64,000 nucleotides of DNA from Octopus sinensis. Taxonomy: Eukaryota. The notes under the pieces are model-generated. The model worked only from the letters and a program-made list of their open reading frames with translations. It was not told the origin of the DNA and made no database searches. Location: the NCBI RefSeq assembly GCF_006345805.1, contig NC_043016.1:13764001-13828000 (forward strand), in the 5' to 3' direction. Below, one piece after another: positions 13,726 through 26,157 of this stretch; the first letter of the stretch is position 1; each line of letters opens with the position of its first letter. Position numbers and translations under genes: made by a program.

Positions 13726-14640
13726 CATAATATATACATACATTATATATACATATATACATACATACATTATATATACTACTATATATACATACATATA
13801 CATTACATTATACATATACTATATATACATACCTATATATAATTACATATATATATACATAATATACACATATATATACACATATATACACATATATATA
13901 CATACACACTTATTATACATACATATATCACATATATACATACATATAACACATATATATACATATACACATATATATACATACTATATACACACATATA
14001 TACATACATCTATACACACACATATATACATATATACATACATTACTATATATACACATACATAATATGCATATAATATATACACACATATATATAACAT
14101 ATACATACATATCATCCATTACACATATATACATAATACATACATATAAATATATATATATATACACATACATATATATGCTATATATATATATACATAC
14201 ATATACATGACATATATATATATAGATATAATACATATCTATATACTATATATATATACATATATATATATATACATATATATTATATACATATATATAT
14301 ACATATATATACATATATACATATATATTATATTAAGGTATGTAGAAAAATACAACATGGACAAGAACGTAAACTCTTAGAAGACGACACAATAAACATG
14401 GACAGGACATTCGAACCCCTCAGTCTTCAGTCAAGAACCGGATCATCGTAGTAATTTCGGCTGATTAATCTTGAGATTACTAGATCACGGCCAGCCCTCC
14501 AAGAAAAACTAAGCATAGAAAACTAAGCTGGAAGCGTAGATTCCTGAAGAAGGATCGAATGCATACGAACACCAGGACAGCAAAAGGGACAGATATAAAA
14601 AACAAAAAACAATAATGGAATACAGAACATGAATATACAC

Positions 14641-14671
<31 letters not shown>

Positions 14672-15201
14672 CATATACATATTATAACATCTTATATAAT
14701 ATATATATTACATATATATATATATACTATATATATATATACATCTATAATATATACATATATATATTATATACATATATAATATATATCATATAATATA
14801 TACATATATATATATACATATTATATATACATATATATATATACATATATATATATACATATATATAAATATATATATACACACATATATATTACTACAT
14901 ATACATATATATACACACACATATACATATATATATATACAACATACATATACACATAACATCATACATACATATATACACACACACATATATATATATA
15001 TATACAAATATACATATTTTTATGTACATACACAAGTTATAAATAAGTGCAAAAGACAAAAATTCCTATGGCAAATATGCTGAGAAAAGTCTTTTTGCTT
15101 TTTTGTATAAGTTGTGTATAATTTTCACCTTAAAGGTATTTTTTTAATATGCTGACCACTGATAACATTTTTTGAAAATTTTATCCTATAATATATGTAT
15201 A

Positions 15202-15242
<41 letters not shown>

Positions 15243-15520
15243 CATACATATACATTTAATATATGTATATATACATATCTATATATATGCATATACATAC
15301 AATATATATATTTATATACATATATATACATACATATACATTTTATATATGTATATACATATCTATATATATGCATATACATAACAATATATAATATTTA
15401 TATACATATATATATACATACATATTTATACATATATGTATATATATACTATTATATACATACATATATACACTTATATATATATATTATACACACACAC
15501 ACATAATTTATATATATATG
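13113..15520. repeat. Large degenerate (TA)/(CA)/(TACA)n microsatellite field interrupted by a repeat at about 14336-14640
   Basis: Direct reading; generates all the YIYIH-type ORFs. Confidence 0.95.
14336..14640. mobile_element. Non-autonomous repeat embedded in (TA)n with hammerhead-core strands
   Basis: Unique-complexity island within (TA)n; minus strand carries CUGAAGA, CGAAA and complementary helix strands (see findings). Confidence 0.5.
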
Positions 15521-16049
15521 ATTAGGGCGTTGTAAACGTGACCAAGAACGATCATCACTGATGATTGTCCATGGAAGATGTCAACAATGCACGTGCAAAA
15601 GTCTAGACACTACAAGGTTTGCTTCATATTTCCATAGTCACTGTGATATGACCGAGAGACACGCTGGCTCAAGACATCTGGTGCGAATACGGCTCACTGA
15701 TTCTAGGATGTTGGAAAAGACTATCAGAAGCAGAAATAAAACATCCTTAAAATGTCTTTGGCTTTATATCAGTGACCATTTTCCTTCAGTCCATAATTTA
15801 AGAAAGGGAATGGGACATCTGCTTCCCAGTGGTCTTTCAGCATGCCAGATCCCAGACCAGGATTTCTGAAGGCCCATACACAAATACGCACACTCATATA
15901 CAGAAACCATTGGCAGATGTGGAGAATCACGGCGTATTACTGAACAGTTTAATGTAGCGTATAAAACGATCAATGGTTACGTGCAATACCGAAACGAATA
16001 ACAAGTATTGTTTATTTATTATTTTGAAATAAACAAAATATTTAGGTAA

Positions 16050-16520
16050 CTTGGGAATTTAAAGGTAAAGAGGCAAAAAACTATAACATGTAATAGAGTA
16101 TAAAAGGCAGTAGAAATTTGGAAAACGCGCAATTTTGTTGCTGTCGCCGTTACTACAGATATTGGAAAATGTAACTAAATACATTATCTCGAGTAACACA
16201 TTCTTTTAAATTTTCTTTCACGCACTTCAATATTTTGCGCGGTTGTGAATCTTCTTCATATCTAAGATCGACGAAATTTTCAATAAAAAAAACTGTATAT
16301 TCATAAATACCACCCCGCCTCGTCGATCCAGATGATTCACTCACAGAATATTGAATGTTTAAGGAATTGCATGTAAAAGATATTTAAAAGAATGTGTGGA
16401 ACTCAGGATGCCTCAATTACATATTTTCGAATTTCTGTGGATTTACGAAATTTAGAAACAGCCAGGAAATTACACCTTTTTCCAAATTTCTGCTGAATCT
16501 TATGCCTCTTTGTTGTAATT
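16050..16520. repeat. Old degenerate inverted repeat, about 470 bp (MITE-like)
   Basis: cagtagaaatttggaaaa vs ttttccaaatttctgctg; acacattcttttaaat vs atttaaaagaatgtgt; gatcgacga vs tcgtcgatc; loop near 16275-16318. Confidence 0.7.
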
Positions 16521-17381
16521 AAATAAATCTAAATTGCCTAATTATCTTTTTTCTTGTGATAAACAGTTTTAAAACGAACTGAAAAGCATTGCTTTTTATA
16601 CACTACAAGTCTATTTTATTAATACTGTTTCAAATTAAATGGGGTTTTTTTCTTCGTAAAATGCAAAATATGTGGTCTTTCGTTTCGGTCATTTCACGTA
16701 ACTGTTTATGAATTTTATACATTCCCCATGTATTTAACACGCCATGCTTCTCGACTATTAGCAAAGCCAAGCCTTTGCCGAACAATAGTACCGTTATATG
16801 TGTGCGTCTACACACGCACATACACACACACACACGCACGCACACACATAATGGCGACCAGCAAAGTGAAAGAAAGTAGAATGAATGAAGATGAAAGAAA
16901 ATACTTTATCATTAAAGATCAGCATTCGATGAATGATGTGAAATACGTCATGTTATGTTTATGAAAACGAGAAACCGTTCTCGCAAGTTAAAAATATTAT
17001 CTTTAATTTCTATATCCAGAGGGGGATATTTACTTTTGGCGAAACTAGCGAGTTCCTATGCAAGTTCCTACGATCGACGAATACGAAGACTAGTTTATTC
17101 CGTGAAGACGGTTCGCCAGTTGTTTTCCTTTCACTTTGTTATCCGCCATTATATGTACCTAAAGCAAAAGATCGCTAACACACATATACGCATATGTTGC
17201 TAATAACCAACAGGAGAAGAATTTATTCCTTATACGTTACAGACTACAATTTATATTCAATTCGGCTGATACAAAGAATCAAACAGCGCTTACTGTAATT
17301 TATATCATATGTATATTATATATATATATATATATACATACATATATACATGCACACACGCGTACATGTGCATTATGTATG

Positions 17382-17449
<68 letters not shown>

Positions 17450-17584
17450 CACACTAACATACACTTATAATATATTATGAGTGTTACCACAGATATATGA
17501 ATATATCTTGTGGGGTCAATAAAGAGAGAGTGCGTAAACAAAAAGGATAAAAAGCTGGTGTCAAGAGGGTCGGAAAGCACATAC

Positions 17585-17637
17585 GTAAGAGTGCTTAGCT
17601 CTCTCATATGGCGCGTGTAAAGCCGTGACACACTCCA
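17585..17637 (-). CDS. Candidate 53-nt exon (xECVTALHAPYERAKHSY) or first exon MPRIVGVCGGLQWSVSRLYTRHMRELSTL
   Basis: Minus donor TTAC|gtatgt; first AG after a poly-pyrimidine run (tcctttttttttctctt) is gtctacag; GC-rich unique sequence. Unverified. Confidence 0.2.
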
Positions 17638-18149
17638 CTGTAGACCGCCGCACACCCCCACAATGCGCGGCATGGCAAGAGAAAAAAAAAGGATCACGTT
17701 TCAACTAATGCATTACTCTTAGTTTAATAAGCAAATGTGATTAATTATGACGTTACTTAAAATGAGTAAATCAAATAGTTACTAGAGAGAGAGAGAGAGA
17801 GAGTGGGGGAGCAAGTAAAAGTACAAAAAAATAAAAGTGAAGGCGAGAAGGAATTGAATGAGAGAAAAGAATGAGTAAGAGAGGCGACCGTCTTACTCAT
17901 TTCTGCAAGTGTAAAACAAAAGGGTGGGGATTAGAGAGAGTATGGGTTGAATGAAAAGGGAAAAAAAGGCGGATAATGACATAAAGGAGAAGGAAAGAGT
18001 GAAAAAGTATGGAATAAAATACGATAAGAAAAGGAGTGTAGATAGAAAAAGAATATTAGACAGAAAGATAAATAGTGTTGAAGGAAAATAAAATTAGTGA
18101 AAGTGACAAAGATAGTTTAAGCTGTGTGAAAGATAGATAATAGTAACAG

Positions 18150-18490
18150 AAAGAGAGATAGACAGCTAGTAAGAGACAGAGACAGAGAGACGGCTAGTTT
18201 AGAGAGAGAGAGAGAAAGAAAGAGAGACGGCTAGTTAGAGACAGAGAGAGAGAGAGAGACGGCTAGTAAGAGAGAAAGAGAGACGGCTAGTTAAGGACAG
18301 AGAGAGAGAGACGGCTAGTAAGAGAGAAAGAGAGACGGCTAGTTAGAGACAGAGAGAGAAAGACGGCTAGTAAGAGAGAAAGAGAGAGAGAGACGGCTAG
18401 TTAGAGACAGAGAGAGAGAGAGAGACGGCTAGTAGGAGAGACAGAGAGACGGCTAGTTTAGAGACAGAGAGAGACGGCTAGTTAGAGAGG
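18150..18490. repeat. Tandem array of GACGGCTAGT cores separated by variable (GA)n
   Basis: About 11 copies of gagacggctagt with purine-repeat spacers. Confidence 0.9.
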
Positions 18491-19097
18491 AACAAAAAAA
18501 AAAGAGGAGGGATTAAAATGAGATCGTAGAGAGAACGGGGTAAGAGAAAAAAAAGTGTTAAGGTGAAAGAGATTTCTTTTGTATGAGAAGGAATACAGAA
18601 ATCTTGATTTTGAATTGAGACATTAAAGTGATGAGGTGAGGCGAATAATAAAATAAAATAAAATAAAGTAAAATAGGGAGTCCAGAATAAAAAGCAGACA
18701 CGAACACCATTTGTGTGCAGTGAACCAGTCAATGGAGAGATACCGGTTGGGAGAAGGGAAATACAAAAGAAATTCGTGTTGAGTAATAAGCAGTTCACCA
18801 GGACAATGAAATAATAATAATAATAGTAATAATAATAATCAAGTTAATAATGGTAATCGAAAGTATTAGTCAAATACGGGTGTATATGAGACAACAATTC
18901 TCTAATAGGATATAAATTTTTTTTCTTTTTCTGATATTGCGTGTGAGTGCTTGTTTTCTAACGTCTATCTTTGCAGGCATGAAATATATCAAATTGCCCG
19001 CATGTGTGCGTGCGCGCGTCTGCAAATATACATGTATATATATACGTACATATAGAATATATATACATACATATAATATATATACATACATAAATAT

Positions 19098-19128
<31 letters not shown>

Positions 19129-19413
19129 CATACATATATAATATATATACATATATATACATACATACATATATATATATATATACATACATATATAATA
19201 TATATATACATACATATATTATATAATATACATACATATATTATATATATATACATACATATATTATATATATATACATACATATATTATATATATATTA
19301 CATACATATATTATATATATATACACATACATATATTATATACACATACATATAATTACTCTTTTACTTTTTCATCAGTCATTTGATTGCGGTCATGCTG
19401 GAGCAGCGCCTTC

Positions 19414-19456
<43 letters not shown>

Positions 19457-19505
19457 CACATATAATACATACATAATACACATGCACACACGCGTACATG
19501 TGTAT

Positions 19506-19550
<45 letters not shown>

Positions 19551-19760
19551 CAATGTATATTACACGTATTGTGTATATATTAATATATATATATATATAT
19601 ATATGTGGTATAAATAAATATGTAATTTACATATATAGACACAGACAGATATTAATCGGGAGAAAGTTATATCGTTCAAACTTGATAAGTGTCATACACA
19701 AAATCTCTGGGGTTGAGTCACTCTTGTGTAACTTTCTGCTGATTAAAAATACATCACTAC

Positions 19761-19791
<31 letters not shown>

Positions 19792-19854
19792 ATATACATA
19801 CATATATATATAATATATATATATACTATATATATATATATATACATACATATA

Positions 19855-19893
<39 letters not shown>

Positions 19894-20765
19894 CATATAT
19901 ATATATTATATATATATATATATATACACATATACATTATATATATATATATACACATATATATTATATATATATATACACATATGTATATATATATATA
20001 TACACACACATATATATATACACACATACGTATATATATACACACACTGATATATTGAGTTATATATCTCCCGTTCGAGACATACATGTGAATAATATAC
20101 AAAAGCAACAAAATAAGAAAAAGAAAAACAATGGAAGTTAAAAAGAGAAAAAAAGACGCCCCAGCATGGCCGCAGCTCGCAAGAAGCTGAAACTAATTAA
20201 AGAGTAATTGATGGATAAAAAACACAGGAATGATTATAAGAAATAAAAGTAACGGTAGGTGAGAAAAATCATTAAAAAACTTTGGTTTCTTTTGGAGAAG
20301 AATAATAATAGTACATTGATGAGAAAAATGAATGTAACGCGCTTTTCTCTGCTCATGTTTGCAATATTGAAAGTAGTTGAGAGAGTTGCGCACCAAAGAT
20401 AGATTGATCAAAGTCAGAGAAATCAGTCTACAATTAAGAAATGAGCTTTGTACAAAGTTTACCTTTTAATTGTGATATCATTCGAAACCGGTTCTTATCG
20501 TCTGGAAAAAGCTTAAGAAGGAAATGTTTCCTCTTGAAAAAGCTTAGAAACGAGTGAGATCTGACGCAGAGAGAAGTCTTTGTTAAAAGATCAGAAAATA
20601 AATGAATTATGAAACGTTCACGAAATCTCCACAATTAACAGAAAAGAAAGAAATTGCTTTCAATGTATGGAAGTAACAACATAGATCTAGATAAAAATGT
20701 TTTTATACGAGTAGAGAAATATATTAGATAACGGTAATATATATACCTGAGTGTAATTGTTTCAG

Positions 20766-20798
20766 CTGAAAAGGAATTGTCCGCATCCGCCGCTAAAG
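20766..20798 (+). CDS. Candidate 33-nt phase 1-1 exon (xEKELSASAAK)
   Basis: aattgtttcag|CTGAAAAGGAATTGTCCGCATCCGCCGCTAAAG|gtacgt; strong donor, open frame, length divisible by 3. Confidence 0.3.
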
Positions 20799-21599
20799 GT
20801 ACGTTCCTAAACGCAGGTCACACAAGGCTGAACTGATAATCTATGGTAACCCGACACAGACATAATCCACCACTAACGGTATTTTCCATAAATTTTCCGA
20901 TCTCAGCGCTGGTTGGTCAAAAAGCATTCATTAAAGATGCGAAATATATTCAATGAAATCGAGTCTAGAGTTTTTACATAAATAATTCACAATACTCACA
21001 TGTGATTTTATATAATATTCTACGCAATAATTAAATATAACGTTTTTTTCCTCAATTTCTTTTCTAAACTATTTCATCTCAACTTTGAAATAAACTGAAC
21101 AAAAAGGAAAATGTTAATGATGTCTTTATTTCAGTAAAAGGTTATATATATATACAGGCGCAATTTCTCGGTTACTGGAAAATACTAAAAATAATTTTTT
21201 TTTTTAAATCTGAACTTATGTGGAAAAATATTTCCATTGAATAAGGAGCCACACTTAAAAACAAATTGCTTTATTAGATTTGCCAAACATAAACATTGCC
21301 ATTTAATTCATGATTTCTTCTTTAGGCAAAGTAATTACCTTACATAATGTTCATGCCGTTCTCAAGGGTATTATTAAACATCTTCGAGACGCACTTAACA
21401 TCATACGAAAAATTGGCGGCGCACTGGAAAGGAAATTGAAAAACAAAAACAAATAAAACACAAAAGTTAAAAATTTATAATTTTTTTTACAGCAAATTAA
21501 TGTTTATCTTGTTTTATTCACCATACACGTGTATCACAAAAATTATGGGCTAACACGTTTTTCAACACGTTGGATACTCTAGTTTTGAATTATAATTTT

Positions 21600-21880
21600 C
21601 ATCCATCTAATAATGAATGAATGAATGAATGAAAGAATGGAAAAATAGATAGATAACTAAATAAATAAATAAATAAATAAATAACTAAATAAATAAATAA
21701 ATCAATAGATAATAAATAAATAAGTAAATAAAAATAAATAAATAAATAGCTGGATGGTTGGATGACTGAATGGATGGATGGCTGGATGGTTGGACGGGTG
21801 GATGGATGGATAGACGGACCGACGGATGGACGGGTGGATGGATGGATAGACGGATGGACGGGCAGACAGATTGATGGATG
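21600..21880. repeat. (TGAA)n/(TAAA)n/(TGGA)n compound microsatellite
   Basis: Direct reading. Confidence 0.9.
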
Positions 21881-22819
21881 AATCATGTTTCACTTATCGA
21901 TCACTTTCTCTCCTATTCTTTTTGTCTTGTGGCCTGTCTAATCTTACAACTTTCAAGAAGACCAGTTAGTGCTGGTGCCCCAATAAAGTTCACCCAGTAC
22001 ACTCTGGTATTAGGAAGATTATCCAACCATAAAAAAAAAGGGAATCACTTTCACACTAATCCTTGAAACTATTCCATTCCCACCCCTACCTTTTCTCTGT
22101 TCCATTATTCCACCAATACTGTTCCTTTGTTATTCTCTCTACCAATGACTCCTCTATCAACCCTGTCCATACCACAATACTTTAATTTTTTCGGCACCTC
22201 ACCTAAAGTCATCAGTCTCTTTTCTATTCTGCATTTCAGTTAGTTGGGGCTCTTTCATCTTTTGAGTTACAAAGCAACCTCACTGGTGCTGGTGCCGCCA
22301 CATGAAAGTACTTTATAAAGTAGTTGATGAATAAATGAATAAAATAGAAACAACACAGAATCAAGAGGAGTCTTTAGGCTTGCTGAGGACATTCCAAGAA
22401 TTCAAAAAAAAATTTTTTTTTAAACAGAATAACACTGATTGCCTTTAGCATATAATAGAACAAGGGAAGAATGCAAACAACTAAACTAAATAACTACTAT
22501 TTTTATATGCTATATCATTATACCACCAACAGTAATTAAACGGTCATCTATATATATATATATATATTAAGATAGGAGTTGCAAATCAACCCTCTATGGG
22601 ATAACATATATCCTTTTATGTTTAACCTAATGTTCTTATGTAGTGGTTTAATAAAGTATGTGATTGGGTATTATCTGGTAGTTGATTAATGATTTAGATG
22701 TATTTCTCCATTTTCTTATTTTGTATATATATATATATTTCCTGAGCGCCATACTAATACAATTGTTTGTTTGTTTTCCGCCTGCCTTCGTCTTTTGTCT
22801 ATTTTCATAAAGCTTCCCG

Positions 22820-22859
<40 letters not shown>

Positions 22860-22944
22860 CGGAGTAAACACATAAATGTGAAACAAGGTGAGAAAAAAAG
22901 AGTACTCAAATACCAGTGGTAGAGTAATATGCTTTATTAAAAAA

Positions 22945-22982
22945 CTGTCTGATGAACGGCAACGAGAAACTCAGAGTAACAG
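22945..22982 (+). ncRNA. Minimal type I hammerhead ribozyme motif
   Basis: CUGU-CUGAUGA-A-CG-gcaa-CG-A-GAAA-CUC-a-GAGU-A-ACAG: helix I 4 bp, GCAA tetraloop, palindromic stem III ACUC/GAGU, GUA cleavage triplet; 10.1-11.1 is an A-A mismatch. Confidence 0.75.
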
Positions 22983-23015
22983 ATTTTGTTGAATTTTCTG
23001 CTGCTTTAAAAAAAG

Positions 23016-23050
<35 letters not shown>

Positions 23051-23359
23051 TCACACAGACACATGTCTTTGTGTCTGTATCATGTTTGTGCTCCACTCCC
23101 ACATGACAAGCAATGTTAGGTTCTTTATGTCCCTATGACTTAGTGGTTCAGCAAAAAAGAATCTGATAGAATAAATACCAGACTTTGAAACATAAGCAGT
23201 GAGATTAATTTGTTCAACTAAAAAAAAAAAGAAACCTTAAAGACAGTGCCCCAGCATGGCTGCCGTCCAATGACTGAAACAAGTAAATGATAAAAGATGA
23301 AAGATAAGGGGCCACTTGAATGGTTATCACAATCACCAGACCTCACCTTGATGGACTTG

Positions 23360-23952
23360 TTTCATATTCTTTTATTCTTTAATTTGTTTCAGTCATTTGA
23401 CTGTGGCCATGCTGGAGTACTGCCTTTAGTTGAACAAATTGACCCTTGGACATATTCTTTGTAAGCCTAGTACTCATTCTATTGCTCTCTTTTGCTGAAC
23501 TGCTAGATACAGGGATGTAAACAAACCAACACCGATTGCCAAGCGATGGTGGGGTGGGGGACAAAACAGACACACAAATACACACACACACATATAATGG
23601 GTTTCTTTGAGCTTCTATCTACCAAATCTATTTGTAAGGCTTTGGTTGGCCCAAGGCTATAGCAGAAGACACTTACCCAAGTGGGACTAAACCTGGACCC
23701 ATGTGGTTGAGAAACAAGCTTCTTATTTCTTTATTGCCCACAAGGGGCTAAACATAGAGGGGACAAACAAGGACAGACAAACGGATTAAGTCGATTACAT
23801 CGACCCCAGTGCGTAACTGGTACTTAATTTATTGACCCCAGGAAAGAGGCTACGGCAAAGTCGGCCTTGGTGGAATTTGAACTCAACGTAACAGCAGACA
23901 AAATACCAGCTCGCTGCCCTACCACAAGCTTCTTACCACACAGCCACTCCTG
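23360..23952 (-). mobile_element. Family-A SINE with a family-B SINE nested in its head (insert 23726-23923)
   Basis: 12-bp direct repeat acaagcttctta at 23714-23725 and 23924-23935 flanks the family-B copy. Confidence 0.8.
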
Positions 23953-24269
23953 TTATTAAAAGATGAAATAATTTCAAGAAAAGTTCTGTTGATTTCATGT
24001 TTTGAGTTTTGAGAGAACCAGTAAATATGGCAAAGTGTGTTTGAGTACAACAACAACAACACAGGAATGTGTAAATATCACTGAAAAGTTGGTAATGAGA
24101 TTCTATTTAATGGCAATTTGAGAATCTAAACACTTGTAGTTTCTTTGTTTAATAAGTATGCCATCTTTATTGTGACTTATTGTAATTATCGTAGCTTTGT
24201 TAATCACCTGCATGGTGTTTGTTGTTTTGTTTTTACAAACAAACAAAAAAGAACTCTTATCTACTTTTG

Positions 24270-24560
24270 CACCCCTCTGTCTGTCTGTCTGTCTGTCTGT
24301 CCATGTACTTGTCTGTCTGCCTGCCTGTCTGTTTGCCTATCTGTCTGTCGCTCTGTTTCTGCCTCCTGTCTATCCATGCCCCAGTCTGCCTTCCTGTCTG
24401 TCAGTCTGCATGCTATCTGTCTGTATGTCTGTGTCTGTCTGTCTGTTTGCCTGTCTGCCTGCCTGTCTGTTTGTGTACCAGTCTGTCTGTTTGCCTGCCA
24501 GTCTGTCTGCCCTCTCTGTCAGTCAGTCTGTCTATTCGCCTCTGTCTGTCTGTCTGACTC
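24270..24560. repeat. Degenerate (CTGT)n microsatellite
   Basis: Direct reading; source of the CLSVCLSV ORFs. Confidence 0.9.
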
Positions 24561-24607
24561 CTTTCAGTCATTGGACTATGCAATGCAATGCTGGGGCACT
24601 GCTTTGA

Positions 24608-24707
24608 NNNNNNNNNNNNNNNNNNNNNNNNNNNNNNNNNNNNNNNNNNNNNNNNNNNNNNNNNNNNNNNNNNNNNNNNNNNNNNNNNNNNNNNNNNNNN
24701 NNNNNNN
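24608..24707. other. Assembly gap (100 N)
   Basis: Run of exactly 100 N, a typical placeholder for a gap of unknown size. Confidence 0.99.
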
Positions 24708-24879
24708 TTATTATACAACGACCCTGTACACTCTGTGGTTGGAAAATGGGGGGAGATAATGTAGGAACAAGATGACCCTTGACCCTTGTCTCATTGAAGA
24801 CATGGCTATGTCTTTTTTATTACTGCTTTGAAAAATGTTCCTAGTAAACTCCGTAAAGTCCATCGTTATCTCAACTTAT

Positions 24880-25065
24880 GAATAAACTAACATTTGATTC
24901 CACTCCTTACACTCTCAAATGATCCATAGTCATTCATGCCAAGCCTTACAGTAGCTGTAATAACAAGTGTGATCTCTGCATAGGTGAGGTCTTGGCTATT
25001 TTGCAATCCACAAACTGTCTTAATGAACGCAGCACTATAATACCTACCTGCAAACATCGGTCACT
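24880..25065 (+). mobile_element. Penelope-like GIY-YIG C-terminal remnant
   Basis: LK*SIVIHAKPYSSCNNKCDLCIGEVLAILQSTNCLNERSTIIPTCKHR matches the PLE 'W.I...A.PY....K.C.LC..E...I.....LN.RSE....C.H' tail. Confidence 0.65.
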
Positions 25066-25129
25066 AAATCTATTCTCAAAATACAAATACATAGTAACAG
25101 GAAGGGCATCCAGTTTAGAAACCAACTTT

Positions 25130-25500
25130 TATCTTTTACTTGTATCAGTCATTGGATTGCAGCTAAACAAATCGACCCCAGTACTAATTTTTAAGCCAGG
25201 TACTTATCCTAAGTTATGGGGACATAAACAAACCAACACCAGTTGTCAAGTGGTGGTGGGGGACACATTCGACATAAACTCAAACACACACACACATAAA
25301 GACATACCCCATACACACACACATATATACAATGAGCTTTCTTTACTTTCTGTCTACCAAATCCACCCACAAGGCTTTAACTGGCCTGAAGCTATCATAG
25401 AAGAGACTTGCCCAAGATGCCATGCAGTGGGACTGAACCCAAATACACATGGTTGGAAAGCAAGTTTCTTAAGCACACAGCCATGCCTGTACCATGCCAT
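25130..25500 (-). mobile_element. Family-A SINE, decayed
   Basis: Reverse complement of the 5400-5810 and 62826-63312 consensus. Confidence 0.75.
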
Positions 25501-26031
25501 AACATTTTAGTGAGACGTGGTACCCTGACTTGCCCAAAAGGACAATAACTTTGAATTAAAGGCTAACTCATTCTACCATGGAAGCTGCACAACACATGCA
25601 AGCATGGAGAGCCATAAACGATAATGGAAATGAATGATACATATACAAACACATATTTATGTTAGACATTGACCAGTCTAAGACTATATAAAAGGAGATA
25701 CCTGGTAACAATGCCAGAGCTGGAATGAACACCAAATCGTGTAGCTATAGAGCAAACTCCTTAACCATACAGTCATGCTGCGACCATGTTTGTCTGCCTG
25801 TGTTTGTCCCCCCAATATCGCTTGACAACTGATGCTCGCGTGTTTACATCCCCATAACTTAGTGGTTCAGCAAAAGAGGCCTATAAAATAAGTACTAGGT
25901 TTACAAAAGAATAAGTCCTGGAGTTGATTTGCTCAACTGAAGGTGGTGCTTCAGCATGGCCACAGTCAAATGACTGAAACAAGTAAAAGAGAATAAAAGT
26001 GAATATATATATATTATATATATAATAATAT

Positions 26032-26073
<42 letters not shown>

Positions 26074-26157
26074 ATATATTATTATATATATATGTATATA
26101 TGTATGTATGTATATGATATATATATATATATATATATATGTAAATATATATATATA

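Noticed and set aside
13048-14236. Long ORFs (180-264 aa) rich in Y/I/H/T
   Set aside because: Translations of (TA/CA)n microsatellite with no coding signature.
14544-14580. Plus-strand CUGAAGA...GAAC hammerhead-like string
   Set aside because: No GAAA, no U16.1, and helices I and II are broken.
15540-15960. Complex sequence with short ORFs
   Set aside because: Stops in all frames and no motif recognised; probably an unclassified decayed element.
16153-16344. ORF MSESSGSTRRGGIYEY...
   Set aside because: Lies in a degenerate palindrome; no splice or homology support.
18150-18490. CRISPR-like repeat-spacer appearance
   Set aside because: Core is only 10 nt, spacers are (GA)n, context is eukaryotic, and no cas genes are present.
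21000-21094. Minus-strand segment with good branch point, acceptor and gtgagt donor
   Set aside because: Stops in all three frames and very AT-rich; shows that such splice signals arise by chance here.
23295-23360. Possible exon with a gtgagg donor on minus
   Set aside because: The plus strand reads EWLSQSPDLTLMDLF, a Tc1/mariner WP..SPDL.P.D remnant.
24888-25052. Apparent minus-strand exon (RYYSAAFIKTVCGLQNS...)
   Set aside because: The plus strand encodes a recognisable Penelope C-terminal motif.
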